Notes under the pieces: model-generated | What the model saw: the letters and a program-made list of their open reading frames with translations, nothing else | Told to the model about the DNA's origin: nothing | Databases searched by the model: none | Position numbers and translations under genes: made by a program | Shown: piece after piece, positions 18,612 to 29,209 of the stretch | Numbering within the stretch: position 1 is the first letter of the stretch | Layout: every line of letters begins with the position of its first letter | NCBI GenBank assembly: GCA_017882165.1 | Contig: JADGPZ010000003.1 | Span: 878 to 64,877, forward strand | DNA from: Candidatus Kapaibacterium sp. | GTDB taxonomy: Bacteria; Bacteroidota; Ignavibacteria; Palsa-1295 | Length of the DNA: 64,000 bases | Reading direction: 5' to 3'

Positions 18612-19791
18612 GTGCCTTCACTCCCGGCAATACTTTGCCTTCGAGAAATTCGAGGCTCGCGCCGCCACCTGTGGAGACGTGCGACATTTTGTCTGCAAGT
18701 CCGGATTGTTCGAGCGCGGCGACGCTATCGCCGCCACCCACAACGGTTGTCGCACCCGCAGCAGTCGCGTCCGCCAATGCGCGCGCGACTTCGAGCGTAC
18801 CCGTGGCGAAGTTCGGCATTTCGAAGACGCCCATCGGGCCGTTCCAGACAATCGTCTTAGCGCGCGCAATCTCCGCGCGAAACTGACTGATGGCCTCACG
18901 ACCAATATCCACACCGATCCAGTCGGCAGGAATTGCATCGACGCTTACCGTTTTGTACTCTGCCTCGTTCTTGAATTCACTGGCAATCACTGTATCGACC
19001 GGTAACACGAGTCGATCGCCGGCCTTCGCAAGGAGTGCCTTCGCCATCTCGATCTTATCTGCTTCGACGAGCGACTTGCCGATTTCCTTGCCCTGCGCCT
19101 TCAGGAACGTGTACATCATGCCACCGCCGATCAGCACTTTGTCAGTGCGCTGGAGCAGGCTTTCGATCACGTCAATCTTCCCGGAAATCTTCGCGCCTCC
19201 AATGATGGCGACGAATGGCTTTGCAGGACTTGAGAGCACGCCACCCAGATACTTCAACTCCTTGTCCATCAAGTATCCAGCGGCCTTGACACTGACGAAA
19301 TGTGTAATGCCCTCGATCGAGGCATGGGCACGGTGGGCGGCACCGAAGGCATCATCGACATAGACCTCGCAGAGTTTCGCGAGCGACTGAGCGAATGCCG
19401 GATCGTTCTTCTCTTCTTCGGGATGGAAGCGAAGATTCTCAAGCAGAAGTACTTCGCCGGGCTTAATCAGGTTTGCAAGGGCCTCGACTTCAGCGCCCAC
19501 GCAATCACCTGCGAATCTGATCTGCGCCGTCAGCAGCTCCTGCAAGTGTTTGAAGACCGGAAGTAACGAGTATTTCTCAGTCGGCACACCTTTTGGACGG
19601 CCAAGATGGCTTGCAATGATGAGCCTGGCTCCGCGATCGAGCAAGGCCTTCACCGTCGGCAAAGTAGCTCGAATCCGCGTGTCATCGGTGATGGTGTATG
19701 GTGCCTCCTTAGTGAGCGGTACGTTGAAATCAACGCGGAGAAACACCCGCTTGCCGCTTACATCAATGTCGTCAATCGTCTTGTAGGTCAT
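18601..19791 (-). CDS. pgk: Phosphoglycerate kinase
   Basis: RVDFNVP, SHLGRP, LLENLRF, DAFGAAHRAHAS, WNGPMGVFE and STGGGASLEFLEG. Confidence 0.99.
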   Translation of the reverse strand: MTYKTIDDIDVSGKRVFLRVDFNVPLTKEAPYTITDDTRIRATLPTVKALLDRGARLIIASHLGRPKGVPTEKYSLLPVFKHLQELLTAQIRFAGDCVGAEVEALANLIKPGEVLLLENLRFHPEEEKNDPAFAQSLAKLCEVYVDDAFGAAHRAHASIEGITHFVSVKAAGYLMDKELKYLGGVLSSPAKPFVAIIGGAKISGKIDVIESLLQRTDKVLIGGGMMYTFLKAQGKEIGKSLVEADKIEMAKALLAKAGDRLVLPVDTVIASEFKNEAEYKTVSVDAIPADWIGVDIGREAISQFRAEIARAKTIVWNGPMGVFEMPNFATGTLEVARALADATAAGATTVVGGGDSVAALEQSGLADKMSHVSTGGGASLEFLEGKVLPGVKALEA

Positions 19792-19798
19792 ACGAGTT

Positions 19799-20974
19799 TT
19801 ATGGGAGGTGATTTAACAAGCTTTCAAACTGGCTGTTCCACACACGCTCGCTGAATTCGCGTTCGATTTTGTCTCTGGCCGCAACGCCCATCCGCTCGCG
19901 AACTCCGGATTTCGTCGCAAGCGTGTACATCGCCTCAGCGATTTTGCGTGGATCGTCAGTAACAAAAAAGCCGGTAATATTATCCTCAATGAATGTTTCC
20001 GGCCCGCCGCATCGAGTCGAGATAACCGGTAGCCCACAAGCCATTGCCTCCATCGCTGCAATGCCGAGTCCTTCCTGTTCGCTTGTTAGAACCAGAGCCG
20101 TCGAAGATCCGTAGAGATCGATCAACTCCGCATCCGATATTCCCGAAAGGGTCTCAAATGTCACTCCGCCTTGCCTGGGATAGTCAGGCATTACACTTGA
20201 AACGACGGTCGCAACAAAGTCCAGACCCGGCGACACTCGGTGCAGTTCCGCACAGGCTGCAATGAAGAGATCAACGCGCTTTCGCGGATCGTTCGCACGG
20301 CCGACGAAGAGAAATCGCGGTCGCCCGTTGTGAGGTGCCGATGACCGAAAGAGATCTGTATCAATCGGGAATGGCCAGACTTCGATAGGATTCGCAGTCA
20401 AACGCCGAATATGGTTGCGCGCATCGTTGCTCACAGCAAGTATTTGACTTGCTTGAGAGAGCACGCGCGCCTCCGCTTTCAGGACTGGGAGCATCCCGAG
20501 TCGTTCGACAAGCGCCGTGATACTCCGAGAGCTTCGCAGACGCTCCCCTCGATCCGAAGTCACGGTCGAGGAAACCCAAGCCGCGTACTTCTTGCCAAGG
20601 GAGGCGAGGGGCAAACCAGTATGCGCGGAGCCTGTGACGAGAAAGAAGTTGTCGAACGCCGCAAGTTCTCGACTCCACAAGCGATTCGCACGAATACGGT
20701 TCGGCTCCCACTCGGGCAGGCGTGCACCAATAGCAATCGCTCGCATTCCTCGGAACTCGTAATGCTTTGATTTAGCCGAGATATTCAATTCACCACGCAA
20801 GATATTAACAACGGAAGAGCTAAGCTCAGGATGCTCCGCGAAACGAGCGTAGTGAACGATCGTTGGTTCGAGACCCGCTGCCTCAGCCCGCCGGTAGAGA
20901 TACTCGACCAACCGGAGGACGCCGCCAAAATTCGCTGGGTCCTGCGTGACGATCGCGAGTCTTCGCGTCATCAC
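19799..20974 (-). CDS. GT4-family glycosyltransferase
   Basis: FVGR..DPRK; EGLGIAAMEAMACGLPVI (EX7E motif). Confidence 0.9.
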   Translation of the reverse strand: MMTRRLAIVTQDPANFGGVLRLVEYLYRRAEAAGLEPTIVHYARFAEHPELSSSVVNILRGELNISAKSKHYEFRGMRAIAIGARLPEWEPNRIRANRLWSRELAAFDNFFLVTGSAHTGLPLASLGKKYAAWVSSTVTSDRGERLRSSRSITALVERLGMLPVLKAEARVLSQASQILAVSNDARNHIRRLTANPIEVWPFPIDTDLFRSSAPHNGRPRFLFVGRANDPRKRVDLFIAACAELHRVSPGLDFVATVVSSVMPDYPRQGGVTFETLSGISDAELIDLYGSSTALVLTSEQEGLGIAAMEAMACGLPVISTRCGGPETFIEDNITGFFVTDDPRKIAEAMYTLATKSGVRERMGVAARDKIEREFSERVWNSQFESLLNHLP

Positions 20975-23665
20975 TTAGACCGTCGTTTCTCGCTCCGGCT
21001 CTGGCTGGGGTAGCCGCTTAGGCCGGAACGGAAGAAATTGTTCGAGGAAGCTCCGCTTCGGAGTGCCCGGTGTCGAGGAGTAATAATGGTAGTACTGATA
21101 GTATTTGTAGTATGAACCGTAAGCATTCGCCACGTTGAAATTATTCAGTACCACGCCAAGCATATTCGCACCGGATCGCTCGATCGAGTCCACCGCGCGG
21201 AGCAGTGCATCGATGCGGGTCACATCCGCGCGGGCAATGAGGATCGTCGCGTCTGCGGAATGGCTGAGCAAAAGGGCGTCAGTCACCGCCACAACCGGCG
21301 GCGTGTCCAGCAGGACCATGTCGAACTCTTCTCGCAAACGTTCGATTAGTTGGCCCATTCGATGCGATCCGAGGAGTTCTGCCGGATTCGGCGGAATAAT
21401 GCCGCATGGAAGAATGTAGAGATTTTCTACGTCCGTTGGCCGGATCGCCTCTTCGAATGTTGCCCGTTCAAAGAGAAGATTGGTGAGACCCGGCTCGCGC
21501 GGAAGTCCAAATACGGAATGCAAGACGGGGCGGCGAAGATCGGCATCGACGAGAAGCGTCTTCTTCCCCGATTGCGCCATCACAATCCCGATATTTGAGG
21601 ACGTTGTGGACTTGCCTTCCTGCGGGGCCGAACTCGTGATAGCGAGGACTTGTATCTCGCGATCGAGTCCACTGAAGAGAACCGTTGTTCGGAGCGAGCG
21701 ATAGGCCTCGGCAACGGAAGAATGCGGATCGAGATGAGAAGCGCGATGCGGCGTGAACTTCGGGCGTTCGGCGCTTGCCACGTCGGGTGAAATTGAAAGC
21801 GGCTGCGACGGATGATTGATCACCGGGATTGTGGCAAGCAGCGGCAGGTTCTCCGCCTCGATCTGGTCCGGCGTCCGGATGGTCGAGTCGAGGAATGAAA
21901 GCAAAATGACGATACCAATACCAATCGCAAGTCCGAGCAGTGCGCCGGTGACAACAGCCGATTGGCGATTTGGCCGAATCGGTGTGGCAACCAGCGCCGC
22001 AGGGTCCTCGGCCTTCACGTTGCCGAAGACAGATTCTTCGGTCATCCATGCTTCGAGATAGCGGTCCTCCAACTGCCCATACATTTTCTCGGCCACGCCT
22101 TGCGATCGCCTGAGCGCGGAAGTCTGCACGATCTTTTCCGGCATTCCCATGGCCTCATTATGCAATTCGGCGAGTTTCAGATCATATTCGGCAAGCACAG
22201 TGGAATCCTGCCCGATCCGCAGCTTCGCGCTGAGGATGTTTTGCCGAAGTGACGAAATGGTACCGAGCGAACTCGATTCCGTCGCATATCTCATGTCGCC
22301 ATTCTTCTGGTCCGTTGGATTCGCAACAATCACCTGAGAGTGGAGAAACTTCTGGCTCGACTGACGAAGCTTCGCTTCGAGCACGGCCTTCCGCTCCTTC
22401 TTCGAATCGATATCGTCTTTGAGAAACTTCTTGGTGCGCGGGTCCATGATGCTGTTGGACATCTCCATGCTCTGAATCTCGAACTGCGCCTCGGTCAACT
22501 CCTTCTGGAGCATGTTGATATACGGCTCGAGCGTCAGATTGTCGTAATAGTTTTTTTCGACCGTATCCAGATTCGTTGTGAGATCGGCGTAGACCCTCCG
22601 GTTCAGATTGAGATCGATCTCCACGCCCTGTCTCTTTTGCTTGAGGTCTTCATACTGATTTGTAATACTCTTGGCAATATCTTCAGCAGTCATGCCGCTG
22701 GTTGTCCCAAGATAATCGCGAAGCTTATTCTCGACCCGGCGCAACGAGTCGAAGCTGCGCTGCTTCTGGTCGAAGAGATATTGCTTGAGGGATTCGGAAT
22801 TTGCGCGCACGCGTGCTTGGTTGTCCTTGACGAACACGGCAACGTAGAGATTGGCAAGGAAGGCCGCATCGAGTGGCGTGTATGCCTCGGATGTGATAAC
22901 CAAGTAATCGTTCGTAGCCTCCGGCGCAATGTTAACGGCTGCCGATGCGCGTGCCTCGAGCGTTCCGGTCTCCGCAATGCCACGCAGGAGCGGCATCTTC
23001 GGATTATCGTTGATACGGATAACCGCAAGTTGCCGTGGGTCCGGTGGTACATTCTTCGCCGAGCCAAAGGCATCCACGAATAGCGAGTCGATCTCGGTAC
23101 GATCTCCGATCGCATAAGAATGCAGGAGCCGCCCAACATGCTGGCTTACGAGATGCGACTTGAAAAACTGCATCTCGTTACCGATGCTGTGGTCCTCCGG
23201 CGCTGGTCCGAGCATTTGTTGGACTTGCGTCGGACCCGGCGGATGGTCGATGAAGAGCCGTGCCGAGGCGCCATAGATATATGGCTTCGAGTAAGTCGAG
23301 TATACCGCGTAGGCAAACACGATGATGAACGTGGAGAGGATGATCCACCTCCCCCGGTACATCACCTTGATGAGCTCGGAGAGATTGAGCTTGCGCTCGA
23401 CCGGCTTCCGTCGGCGGGCCGTTCCACCCCCAGCGCCCATGCCGGATGAAGTTTGCGATCCGCTACGTCCGAAGTTCGGGTTTTCGCCTGGCGTCAGCTT
23501 GGCAAAACCCATCGCTGTGGGCTCGAAGCCGCTTTTTGACGCACCGCTTGCCGAAGGGCTTTCCGGAGCGGTGCGCGTTGCGAATCTGCCACGCGAAGTC
23601 CGACGGCGCGAGGCGCCATCGTTCGGCAGACCGTTCTTAGGTAGGTCAGATTTTGAAGCAGGCAT
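20975..23665 (-). CDS. wzc: Wzc-type polysaccharide co-polymerase / BY-kinase
   Basis: Two TM segments flanking a coiled coil; EAYRSLRT, PQEGKST, DADLRRP, DTPP; C-terminal Tyr cluster YGSYYKYYQYYHYY. Confidence 0.93.
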   Translation of the reverse strand: MPASKSDLPKNGLPNDGASRRRTSRGRFATRTAPESPSASGASKSGFEPTAMGFAKLTPGENPNFGRSGSQTSSGMGAGGGTARRRKPVERKLNLSELIKVMYRGRWIILSTFIIVFAYAVYSTYSKPYIYGASARLFIDHPPGPTQVQQMLGPAPEDHSIGNEMQFFKSHLVSQHVGRLLHSYAIGDRTEIDSLFVDAFGSAKNVPPDPRQLAVIRINDNPKMPLLRGIAETGTLEARASAAVNIAPEATNDYLVITSEAYTPLDAAFLANLYVAVFVKDNQARVRANSESLKQYLFDQKQRSFDSLRRVENKLRDYLGTTSGMTAEDIAKSITNQYEDLKQKRQGVEIDLNLNRRVYADLTTNLDTVEKNYYDNLTLEPYINMLQKELTEAQFEIQSMEMSNSIMDPRTKKFLKDDIDSKKERKAVLEAKLRQSSQKFLHSQVIVANPTDQKNGDMRYATESSSLGTISSLRQNILSAKLRIGQDSTVLAEYDLKLAELHNEAMGMPEKIVQTSALRRSQGVAEKMYGQLEDRYLEAWMTEESVFGNVKAEDPAALVATPIRPNRQSAVVTGALLGLAIGIGIVILLSFLDSTIRTPDQIEAENLPLLATIPVINHPSQPLSISPDVASAERPKFTPHRASHLDPHSSVAEAYRSLRTTVLFSGLDREIQVLAITSSAPQEGKSTTSSNIGIVMAQSGKKTLLVDADLRRPVLHSVFGLPREPGLTNLLFERATFEEAIRPTDVENLYILPCGIIPPNPAELLGSHRMGQLIERLREEFDMVLLDTPPVVAVTDALLLSHSADATILIARADVTRIDALLRAVDSIERSGANMLGVVLNNFNVANAYGSYYKYYQYYHYYSSTPGTPKRSFLEQFLPFRPKRLPQPEPERETTV

Positions 23666-23781
23666 AACTTACGTTCGCTCTTCGAGTCGCTGTGTGGCAA
23701 GCCGCTCTCCGATCACGGCAAACTTGGACGGATCGCGGTAAAAGATGGACGAAATCAGATATGATATTAGTTCCGCCAGTA

Positions 23782-24615
23782 CTACATACCGAAGAACCTC
23801 TTTCGTTTCGCAGGCGAGGGCTTGCCGGTTCTGGAAAGCCGTTTCCGGATGGCCGTGAGATTGGCCTCGTCCAATTCAATCGCTGGAATTGGTCTGCCTT
23901 CGCAAACAGCAAGCGGGTTCTCGGTGACCATTCTGTCCGCAACGATGGGACGCGCAAAGTTTCTGGTCCGCTCTTCCATCTCCTTCAGAAGTTCATACGC
24001 CCCCGGCCAGCTTGTGAAGGGTCGCGTTTTGACATTGTGGGCATCGCTGGCCACGATCGAGACAAGCCCCGACTCGACAAGCGCCAGCGCACACGCCTCG
24101 AACGACTCGCCCAGTTCGCCAAGAAGGCACCCCGTCGTCACCTGCAAGTGCGCGCCCTGCCGCACAAACTCGAGCGCAAGCTCCGGATTTCGAAGCACAC
24201 CCATATTCCGCTCCGGATGCGCAATGATGGGAATGATTCCGGCCAGACGGTAGTCAAAGAGAAGTTGACTAAAGTACGGTGGCACCTGATCGAAGTCCAT
24301 TTCGAGCAAGATGTACTTCGACTGCTCTGACGCTGTAAACTCCTTCCGTGTTACGACCTCGCGCGTCTCGGAGGTAGCTCGCACTTCTCCACCGAGATAG
24401 AGGTCCATCGCGGGCCGCCGATCCAGAACAAGTTGGAATTTCTCCTTGTGGTGCGCGTGCCGCGGCAGCTCGTCCAACCGGCCACGGATATGGGGCGTCG
24501 TCAGGATCGCGGTCACACCGCACGCGCGCGCCTGCTCGATCATCGCGAGCGCAGCCTCCACGGACTCCGCGCCATCATCGACGCCTGGCACCAAATGGCA
24601 ATGGATATCAACCAC
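23782..24615 (-). CDS. PHP-family tyrosine phosphatase (CpsB/CapC/YwqE type)
   Basis: DIHCHL.PGVDDG, TPH, IAHPERN and ASDAHN. Confidence 0.93.
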   Translation of the reverse strand: MVDIHCHLVPGVDDGAESVEAALAMIEQARACGVTAILTTPHIRGRLDELPRHAHHKEKFQLVLDRRPAMDLYLGGEVRATSETREVVTRKEFTASEQSKYILLEMDFDQVPPYFSQLLFDYRLAGIIPIIAHPERNMGVLRNPELALEFVRQGAHLQVTTGCLLGELGESFEACALALVESGLVSIVASDAHNVKTRPFTSWPGAYELLKEMEERTRNFARPIVADRMVTENPLAVCEGRPIPAIELDEANLTAIRKRLSRTGKPSPAKRKRFFGM

Positions 24616-25627
24616 TCTCTGCCTCCTTCAATTTGCTCGCCGATCCAATCGAAACACCTTCTCCAATGAGCACACCGAGTCCTGCAAGCGTGACGCTGAT
24701 GTAGCTCAACGCATGCGTGGCAATTGCATAAGCAAGCGCAACGGCTGCTGGAACGCCAAAGATCATCGCCAGCCCTGTCTTGATCAAAGCATGATACGAT
24801 CCGGTCGCGCCGGGTGTCGGAATCGTATACGCAATGCCCGAGAGCGTAAGCAGCAGACACGCATCCCCAAACGTCAGCGACATCGTAGCATCAAAGCCTT
24901 GCATCGATACCCACATCGAAACGCCATAGAGCAGCCAAATACCAGCGGTACCAATAACCAGCGGTAGAATCGCAGAGCGATCCAAACCGCGAAGCCCAAG
25001 CGAAAACTCAAGCGCGATCTTCTCCACTCGTTTCGCAAATCGCTCTGGCAATCGCTTGACAAAGATATTGACGAATTGCAGTGTCCTCCGCTCACTAAAA
25101 AACATGAGGATGAAGAGGATCAACACGGCGAGCATTGCTGCTAAGATCGCAACCCCAGTGCCAGAAAACATGGAGGAGACTTTCGTCAACTTCGAACCAT
25201 ACGCCCATAGCGAGTAGATCATCAGTGCCGCCAACGCCAGAACATCCGCAAGCCGCTCGACAACGACGCTCGCAAGAGCGCCGGCCATCGGAATCTGCTC
25301 GCCGCGTGACATCAGGTACGGACGCACCAACTCGCCTGAGCGCGGGATGAGATTGTTCATCCCGTAACCTGCGATGGTAGCCCGAAACGCTCGCCAGAAG
25401 CTCGTCTGCCGCTTGAGAGGCCTGAGCACGATCTGCCACCGAAACGCGCGCACGGCATGAGAAAGAAACATCAGCACGATGCCGCCAAGCAGCGGCAGAA
25501 TGTGCGCGTCCTCGATCGAACGAATGGCCTCCGACAAATCCTGCCCGCGAAAGGCGAGATACAGAAGCCCTATGGTAACAAGGGCAATGGCGAGGTACTG
25601 AAGGGCGCGACGGTTCAAGCTTGGCAA
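24608..25627 (-). CDS. Lysylphosphatidylglycerol-synthase TM domain / UPF0104 flippase-like protein
   Basis: RAFRWQ, NNLIPRSGELVR, VVERLAD and PTPG.TG.YH; multi-TM. Confidence 0.85.
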   Translation of the reverse strand: MPSLNRRALQYLAIALVTIGLLYLAFRGQDLSEAIRSIEDAHILPLLGGIVLMFLSHAVRAFRWQIVLRPLKRQTSFWRAFRATIAGYGMNNLIPRSGELVRPYLMSRGEQIPMAGALASVVVERLADVLALAALMIYSLWAYGSKLTKVSSMFSGTGVAILAAMLAVLILFILMFFSERRTLQFVNIFVKRLPERFAKRVEKIALEFSLGLRGLDRSAILPLVIGTAGIWLLYGVSMWVSMQGFDATMSLTFGDACLLLTLSGIAYTIPTPGATGSYHALIKTGLAMIFGVPAAVALAYAIATHALSYISVTLAGLGVLIGEGVSIGSASKLKEAESG

Positions 25628-25689
25628 ATTGATTGGCCATTACAACGCACCAAAACGCCTTTCATTCCGCAGCCCGCGATATTCCCCCT

Positions 25690-26486
25690 CGTCGGCATTG
25701 CGAGAAGGCCGAAGGCCGGTCCCGAGGAAACGAGGGAAGCAATCCCGTCTCGTTAGCCTGAACTCCACGGACGACTACGACTGACCTGACTTAAGCCCTA
25801 CCTGCCACAAGGCAAATAGCTTTCATCTGCTTGTTTGTTCTTTCAAAGTTCATGAACCCGCTGTGGCGGGCCGCAAATGCGCTGATTTCGCGATCTTGCC
25901 TTTCACAGAGCAGTCAATTTCTCTCTTTTGAATTGTCATTTAATGAACGCCCTCTCCTTACCCATGAGCCGCGATGAATCAATTGTCAATGAGCAAATTG
26001 CCGGCACCTCTTGTCATCCTTCATCCATCAGCCTTCATCCTTTTCCCCAGAAATGGTGCCTATGACCATCACAACCAATATACGACACGAAAAACCCCGA
26101 TGCAAGCACTTTCGCAAAAATTCGTAAAATTGTTGCGACCGTGGATCATCACAGTGCCGGAGGCACGCAATGTTAGTAGCCGGTGACGCAAGTCACCGGG
26201 TGGCGAGCGGTATGAGATTCAGAGTCCCGAAAGGGACGGCATGTGTCGCTGGCAGAAGATTGCATGTCGTCACTCCGTGACTTTCCGGATCGCGCGGGCA
26301 TCGTTTCCGGTGACTCACGTCACCGGCTACCAACATTCCGTCCCGTTGGGACTCGGAGCCGCGACGCATCCCACCCATCCCAGTTCAGACATCCCCGCAC
26401 TCCACCCGCTCAGGCCGCGTGTGGTTTTGGTTGCACGCGAACCCACTTGGGCGCGGCAGCGACAAAGTGCCGGAGCCACGAAGTAC
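25690..26486 (-). repeat. Copy B of the dispersed REP-promoter non-coding element (contains REPIN 2)
   Basis: Reverse complement aligns block by block with 11845-12310 and 5849-6012; TTGCAT-17 nt-TATATT at 26105-26077. Confidence 0.75.
26154..26388. repeat. REPIN/MITE-like element 2
   Basis: AATGTTAGTAGCCGGTGACGCAAGTCACCGG (26169-26199) is inverted against 26307-26337; outer hairpins; same GGAGCCGC..ACGCATCCCAC.CATCCC..CCCAGTTCAG tail as element 1. Confidence 0.75.
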
Positions 26487-26563
26487 CCGCAGCCAGGGGT
26501 GGAGCGAGCTGCACCTATTGTGCGGCGAAGCGGAACCCCGTGATGTTTGTTCAAAAAAAATCA

Positions 26564-27535
26564 TCAACGTTTTGGACGCAAAGATTCGCTCAGTTGTGTA
26601 ATTGTATCTAATAACTTAATGCAGGCTGGGCGAGCTATATCAAGCGCATTCGACTCATATTGCCAGGCTTTCGGCTGGAATCTTGGTCGACGAACCACAT
26701 AAGGTTTAACGAAAACTTTAATCCCGTCTGGATCATTTTCCATAAAAACATAAAAGGAAATCATTCTTTGAATTTCCTGCTCACCGAAAGGCTTACCGCA
26801 ATCAGGATCTCTGCAAAGATGTGAATCAGTCATATAGCCTAATGGCGGAAAAAACAGTAACGAACCCTCACCATAATCCCCCCAATCCATCCAAGCACCA
26901 GCAGCTATCCCGATTCTTTGCAAGAGGTCATTTACCGACTCTAAAAATCTCTTCTGCAATACAAAATAGATTGGCGTGAAAACGAATTCAGAATCCGGCC
27001 GTGGTTTTGCAACACCGAAATTCAAGGTTTTGGAGGACAAAGCGCCTTGCAAGAAATCAGGCGGTAGAAACTTTTGGTATTCAACATGCCCTCCTCCGCT
27101 CGACCGGCGTCCTCCGAACATAGACTCCCCAGAGGCACCAGTGTCGCTATTGAGATGCCTGTGTCCGATCCAATGACGAAGGCAATGATTTTCAAGAGTT
27201 CGAACAATTGTGTCATGTAAAATCACAAAACTAAAATCGACGGTATCGCAGCTGTTAGAATTACCACTAAACAGCACGGTGGTCGCCGAGTCGGACCACC
27301 AAGTGAGTTTATGGCATTCGTGATCGTCCTCACCGAGGATGGTCACCGAATCAAACAATTGGAAATAAATTGGATACAGTGGATTGAGTGGGTCGCGTAG
27401 GGATGCCAGAAGCAACTTTCCCGGCTTTGCAGGTCCGCAATCCGCTTCTTGAGCGTAGACGCTACTTGAACTCCGCAAAGAAACTTGAACGATAAGTGTA
27501 ATGATCAAAAAGTGGTAGCAAGATTTTCGAGTCAT
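26564..27535 (-). CDS. Hypothetical secreted protein
   Basis: 323-aa ORF with a signal-peptide-like N-terminus ending VYA-Q; visibly more AT-rich than its neighbours; no family recognised. Confidence 0.6.
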   Translation of the reverse strand: MTRKSCYHFLIITLIVQVSLRSSSSVYAQEADCGPAKPGKLLLASLRDPLNPLYPIYFQLFDSVTILGEDDHECHKLTWWSDSATTVLFSGNSNSCDTVDFSFVILHDTIVRTLENHCLRHWIGHRHLNSDTGASGESMFGGRRSSGGGHVEYQKFLPPDFLQGALSSKTLNFGVAKPRPDSEFVFTPIYFVLQKRFLESVNDLLQRIGIAAGAWMDWGDYGEGSLLFFPPLGYMTDSHLCRDPDCGKPFGEQEIQRMISFYVFMENDPDGIKVFVKPYVVRRPRFQPKAWQYESNALDIARPACIKLLDTITQLSESLRPKR

Positions 27536-27942
27536 TGAACTTCTCCTCCTGGTTGTAGGTCATTCCCTTGAAGAAAATAAAATGCGAGCATCCCCGTGAT
27601 TAGGAATGAAGAACGTGAACGAATATCCTGGATCATGCCGACAGTCTCGGTCGCGTCACTCATTGTATAAATTAAGAATACGAAGCAACCGGCGTAGATT
27701 ATCGAGACAACAATAGCCACAGTGTCTAAGCCCACACTTACAACCTCTTTGCGCTTATGACGATACTTCTCGAACAAGAAGACGAGCATCGTCGTTAGAG
27801 GTGGAGCAAATGTGTCGAACACTTGGGTCTCCAGTCTCGAAAACTCACCGCCTAATCCGGTGGCATGCACTAACGCAAAGGACAGGCAGAGCGCAAAGCA
27901 ACCTAACCAAAACAGCACCAGAGTAATGTGAATTTTCCTCAT
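27532..27942 (-). CDS. Hypothetical small membrane protein (about 4 TM)
   Basis: 136 aa with hydrophobic segments; ATGA overlap with the downstream ORF. Confidence 0.65.
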   Translation of the reverse strand: MRKIHITLVLFWLGCFALCLSFALVHATGLGGEFSRLETQVFDTFAPPLTTMLVFLFEKYRHKRKEVVSVGLDTVAIVVSIIYAGCFVFLIYTMSDATETVGMIQDIRSRSSFLITGMLAFYFLQGNDLQPGGEVQ

Positions 27943-28021
27943 TATGACGAGTGAGCAATGACAATTACTTTCATTAGACCTACAAACATACGCAATTCAG
28001 ATGATTTTGTCAAGCTCAATG

Positions 28022-28106
28022 TCATAACAACCTCCCTGCTCCCCGCTCGCATCCTCCACCTGCGCGCGTTTGAAGGTCGAGCGGCCCAGCGAAGACTCAG
28101 GATGAG
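28022..28106 (-). pseudogene. Probable C-terminal stub of a DNA methyltransferase-restriction fusion gene
   Basis: Hand translation HPESSLGRSTFKRAQVEDASGEQG(shift)LL*. Resembles, from memory, the ...TFKKA...EQ.KL* tail of that family. Confidence 0.45.
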
Positions 28107-28142
28107 AAAGTCTTAAGTGTCAGTCATCAATCGTTTGGATGT

Positions 28143-29144
28143 CTACTCGTCCATCACCTCATCCTCCGATACCTTCGGGTACAAGAGGTCGAAGAAGTTA
28201 CTCCAGAGTGGGCGCAACGATTCATAAGTCTCAAAACCACGTCTGTTTTGGGATTTAAATCGTCTCTCCCATTCTCCACTAGAGTGTATATTGATTAGAC
28301 GCCACATGGTATCGATGGTCATCATTCCAAAATCGATGAAGTCGCGCAGCAATACACTACCGATGGGGGATGTACCAGGGTAAGCGCCTACACGGAAGGC
28401 GCTCTTCCCCTCAAACTCTGTGTGGCGATACTTAGCCAGTGTTTTCGCGTCAGGATGCACAAACTCGGAATAAAAATCAACGACTCGGTTTCTTGACTCT
28501 GTTCTGAATCCATCCAAGAGGATTGATGCGGTCAGCAAGCCCTTAGCATGGTCTCCATCATAGACTGCAATGAGACGGTCATGCACCGCTTTTGGATGTA
28601 GCGTCTTATACCAGCGAGCCCGTTGGGTCTGATCATCTCCTCCTAAGTCTGCAAAAGAGTCAAAGAAATCAAAGTCAACGAGACTTAGCGCGAGCGCCTC
28701 CGCCACTTCTGCGAATACCCTGAAGACGCCCGCCGCTTGGGTATAGTACTTTCGTACTAAAAGTAGCCTTGCCGCACGCAGCTGGTTAAGTAGTTCCATA
28801 AAGTGCAGAGTGAAGACAAGGAAGGCGGGCGACCTTACCGGGCGATGCGATCAAATGAAGTCCTTCTCCTCTCCCATTGAGACTTGCGCGGCGTAGCGGG
28901 ACACTTCCTCAGCTTGAAGTTGAAAACAGAACAAAGTGAAGTCAAGCAGACTTAAGGTGGGTTCTATATCTGCTAAATCCTCATCGCTCGGACAATCGAT
29001 TTTCAGGAAATCTCTGTACCCGACGAAATATGCCAACACCTCTTCGCTGGAGTATTCGAACTTCAGGCACCACTTGGTTGCGCACTCCTCACTCCAAACA
29101 AGCGATAGCCGTTCTCTGAAGAGCTCTTTAGTATGTTCATTCAT
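28143..29144 (-). pseudogene. DUF5677/HEPN-like protein interrupted by one in-frame TGA (28851-28853)
   Basis: ORFs 28851..29144 and 28143..28799 share a frame and are joined by 17 stop-free codons. Y..A..(L/F)R..E and YSEFVHP motifs resemble DUF5677/HEPN. Confidence 0.5.
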
Positions 29145-29209
29145 AGGGGTTGTCAGTCGGAGCCTTTGCCTGGTCGACGTTCACTTTGCGAGTCCTGCCG
29201 AACTCTGAG

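Noticed and set aside
28851-28853. Selenocysteine or TGA=Trp recoding
   Set aside because: TGA terminates eno, pgk and rpsJ normally. There is no redox-motif context and no convincing SECIS hairpin.
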